DNA of 64,000 bases from Squalus acanthias (lineage: Eukaryota): NCBI GenBank assembly GCA_030390025.1, contig JASTWF010000033.1, positions 6,140,001-6,204,000 of the forward strand, given 5' to 3'. This document shows, one piece after another, positions 63,211 through 64,000 of this stretch; the stretch's first letter is position 1, and each line of letters opens with the position of its first letter. The translations under genes were made by a program, and so were the position numbers. The notes beneath the pieces are model-generated. The model worked only from the letters and a program-made list of their open reading frames with translations, did no database searches and was not told the DNA's origin.

Positions 63211-63434
63211 GGATGGACAATAAATCACGGCCCTGCCAGCGACGCCAGATGCCATTAGCGAATAAAAAAAATGTTTTATGTGATGGACAATGGAGGCATG
63301 AACATGGAAAAGTATGCCAGATGAGAATATATCGAATGCTTTGGGAAGGTGAATGATGGACAAGGAAGTGTTGCACACCATGGTCACAGTCACAGTCACA
63401 GAGATTGTAGTTTGTGACTGTTCAGGGCAGATTA

Positions 63435-63556
63435 GAGTTACATCGAAACTGCAGCAGAGAAACAGTACATTCGGCTCAAGTGGTCTTTGCTGTGTTTATA
63501 CTCCACGGGAGCCTCCTCCCACTCTAATTACATTTTTACACCGTGTCCACATATAC
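63435..63556 (-). mobile_element. Probable decayed 3'UTR of another CR1 family
   Basis: ACAGTACATTCGGCTC resembles the GGCCATTCGGCCC hairpin motif of the CR1 tails; weak. Confidence 0.4.
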
Positions 63557-64000
63557 CAAATGCTCAGCTATTACATCCTTTATAATGGACTCTAGCATTT
63601 TCCCCACTACCGATGTCAGGCTTACCGGTCTGTATTTCCCCGCTTTCTCTCTACTACCCTTTTTGAATAGTGGGGTAACATTAGCTACCCTCCAATCCAT
63701 GGGTACAGTTCCAGATTCCATTGAATGTTGGAAGATGATCAGCAATGCATCTACTATTTCTAGGGCCACTTCCTTAAGTACCCTATGATGTAGATTATCA
63801 GGCCCTGGGGATTTATCGGCCTTCAATACCGTCAATTTCCCTAACACCATTTCCCTGCAAATGCTGATTTCTTTCAGTTCCTCCCTTTCATCAGACCGTA
63901 TGTTCTCCAACATCTCTGGGAGGTTATTTGTGTCCTCCTTTGTGAAGACAGAACCAAAATATGCATTTAATTGGGCTGCTATTTCTTTGTTCCCCATTAT
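63557..64000 (-). mobile_element. CR1 ORF2 internal fragment, copy-2 subfamily (continues right of window)
   Basis: Very similar to 9060-9475 (MGNKE..FTKEDTNNLPEMLE..YRPVSLTSVVGKMLESIIKDVIAEHL); its RT core and 3' end are missing. Confidence 0.92.

Larger units (their letters stand above)
59614..63271 (+). mobile_element. Near full-length decayed LINE (copy B; CR1/L2-group-like, clade not firmly assigned) with tRNA-like head, no ORF1, A-rich 3' end
   Basis: Head with A/B boxes, ~400-bp leader, APE-RT remnant, ends GCGAATAAAAAAAA; interrupted at 60283-60897. Confidence 0.85.

Noticed and set aside
63272..63435. Unassigned spacer with (GTCACA)3 and ORF 63353-63595
   Set aside because: Short microsatellite only; no recognisable domain or splice structure.

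Overview
Eukaryotic (vertebrate, most likely cartilaginous-fish-type) repetitive DNA; I find no cellular gene, CRISPR array or prokaryotic system. About 42 kb of positions 1-57468 is a tandem satellite with a 52-bp monomer (consensus TTATTCCCCGGTGTAGAGGATACCATGTGTAAATTAACAATTAACTGTAACT, roughly 800 copies) organised into nested higher-order duplications. Four insertions interrupt it: (1) a 5'-truncated Penelope-like element with a GIY-YIG domain and a terminal hammerhead motif, which itself contains a nearly intact full-length CR1-type LINE; (2) a decayed near-full-length CR1 carrying a younger nested CR1; (3) a young 5'-truncated CR1 whose intact APE-RT frame takes its ATG from the satellite; (4) a short 5'-truncated CR1. 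Beyond an abrupt array edge (57.5-64 kb) lies a patchwork of older LINE fragments. These include two copies of a second LINE family in which a tRNA-like Pol III head (A/B boxes) runs directly into an APE-RT frame with no ORF1, which is the most unusual feature here. Family names and taxon come from motif recognition, not from database searches.
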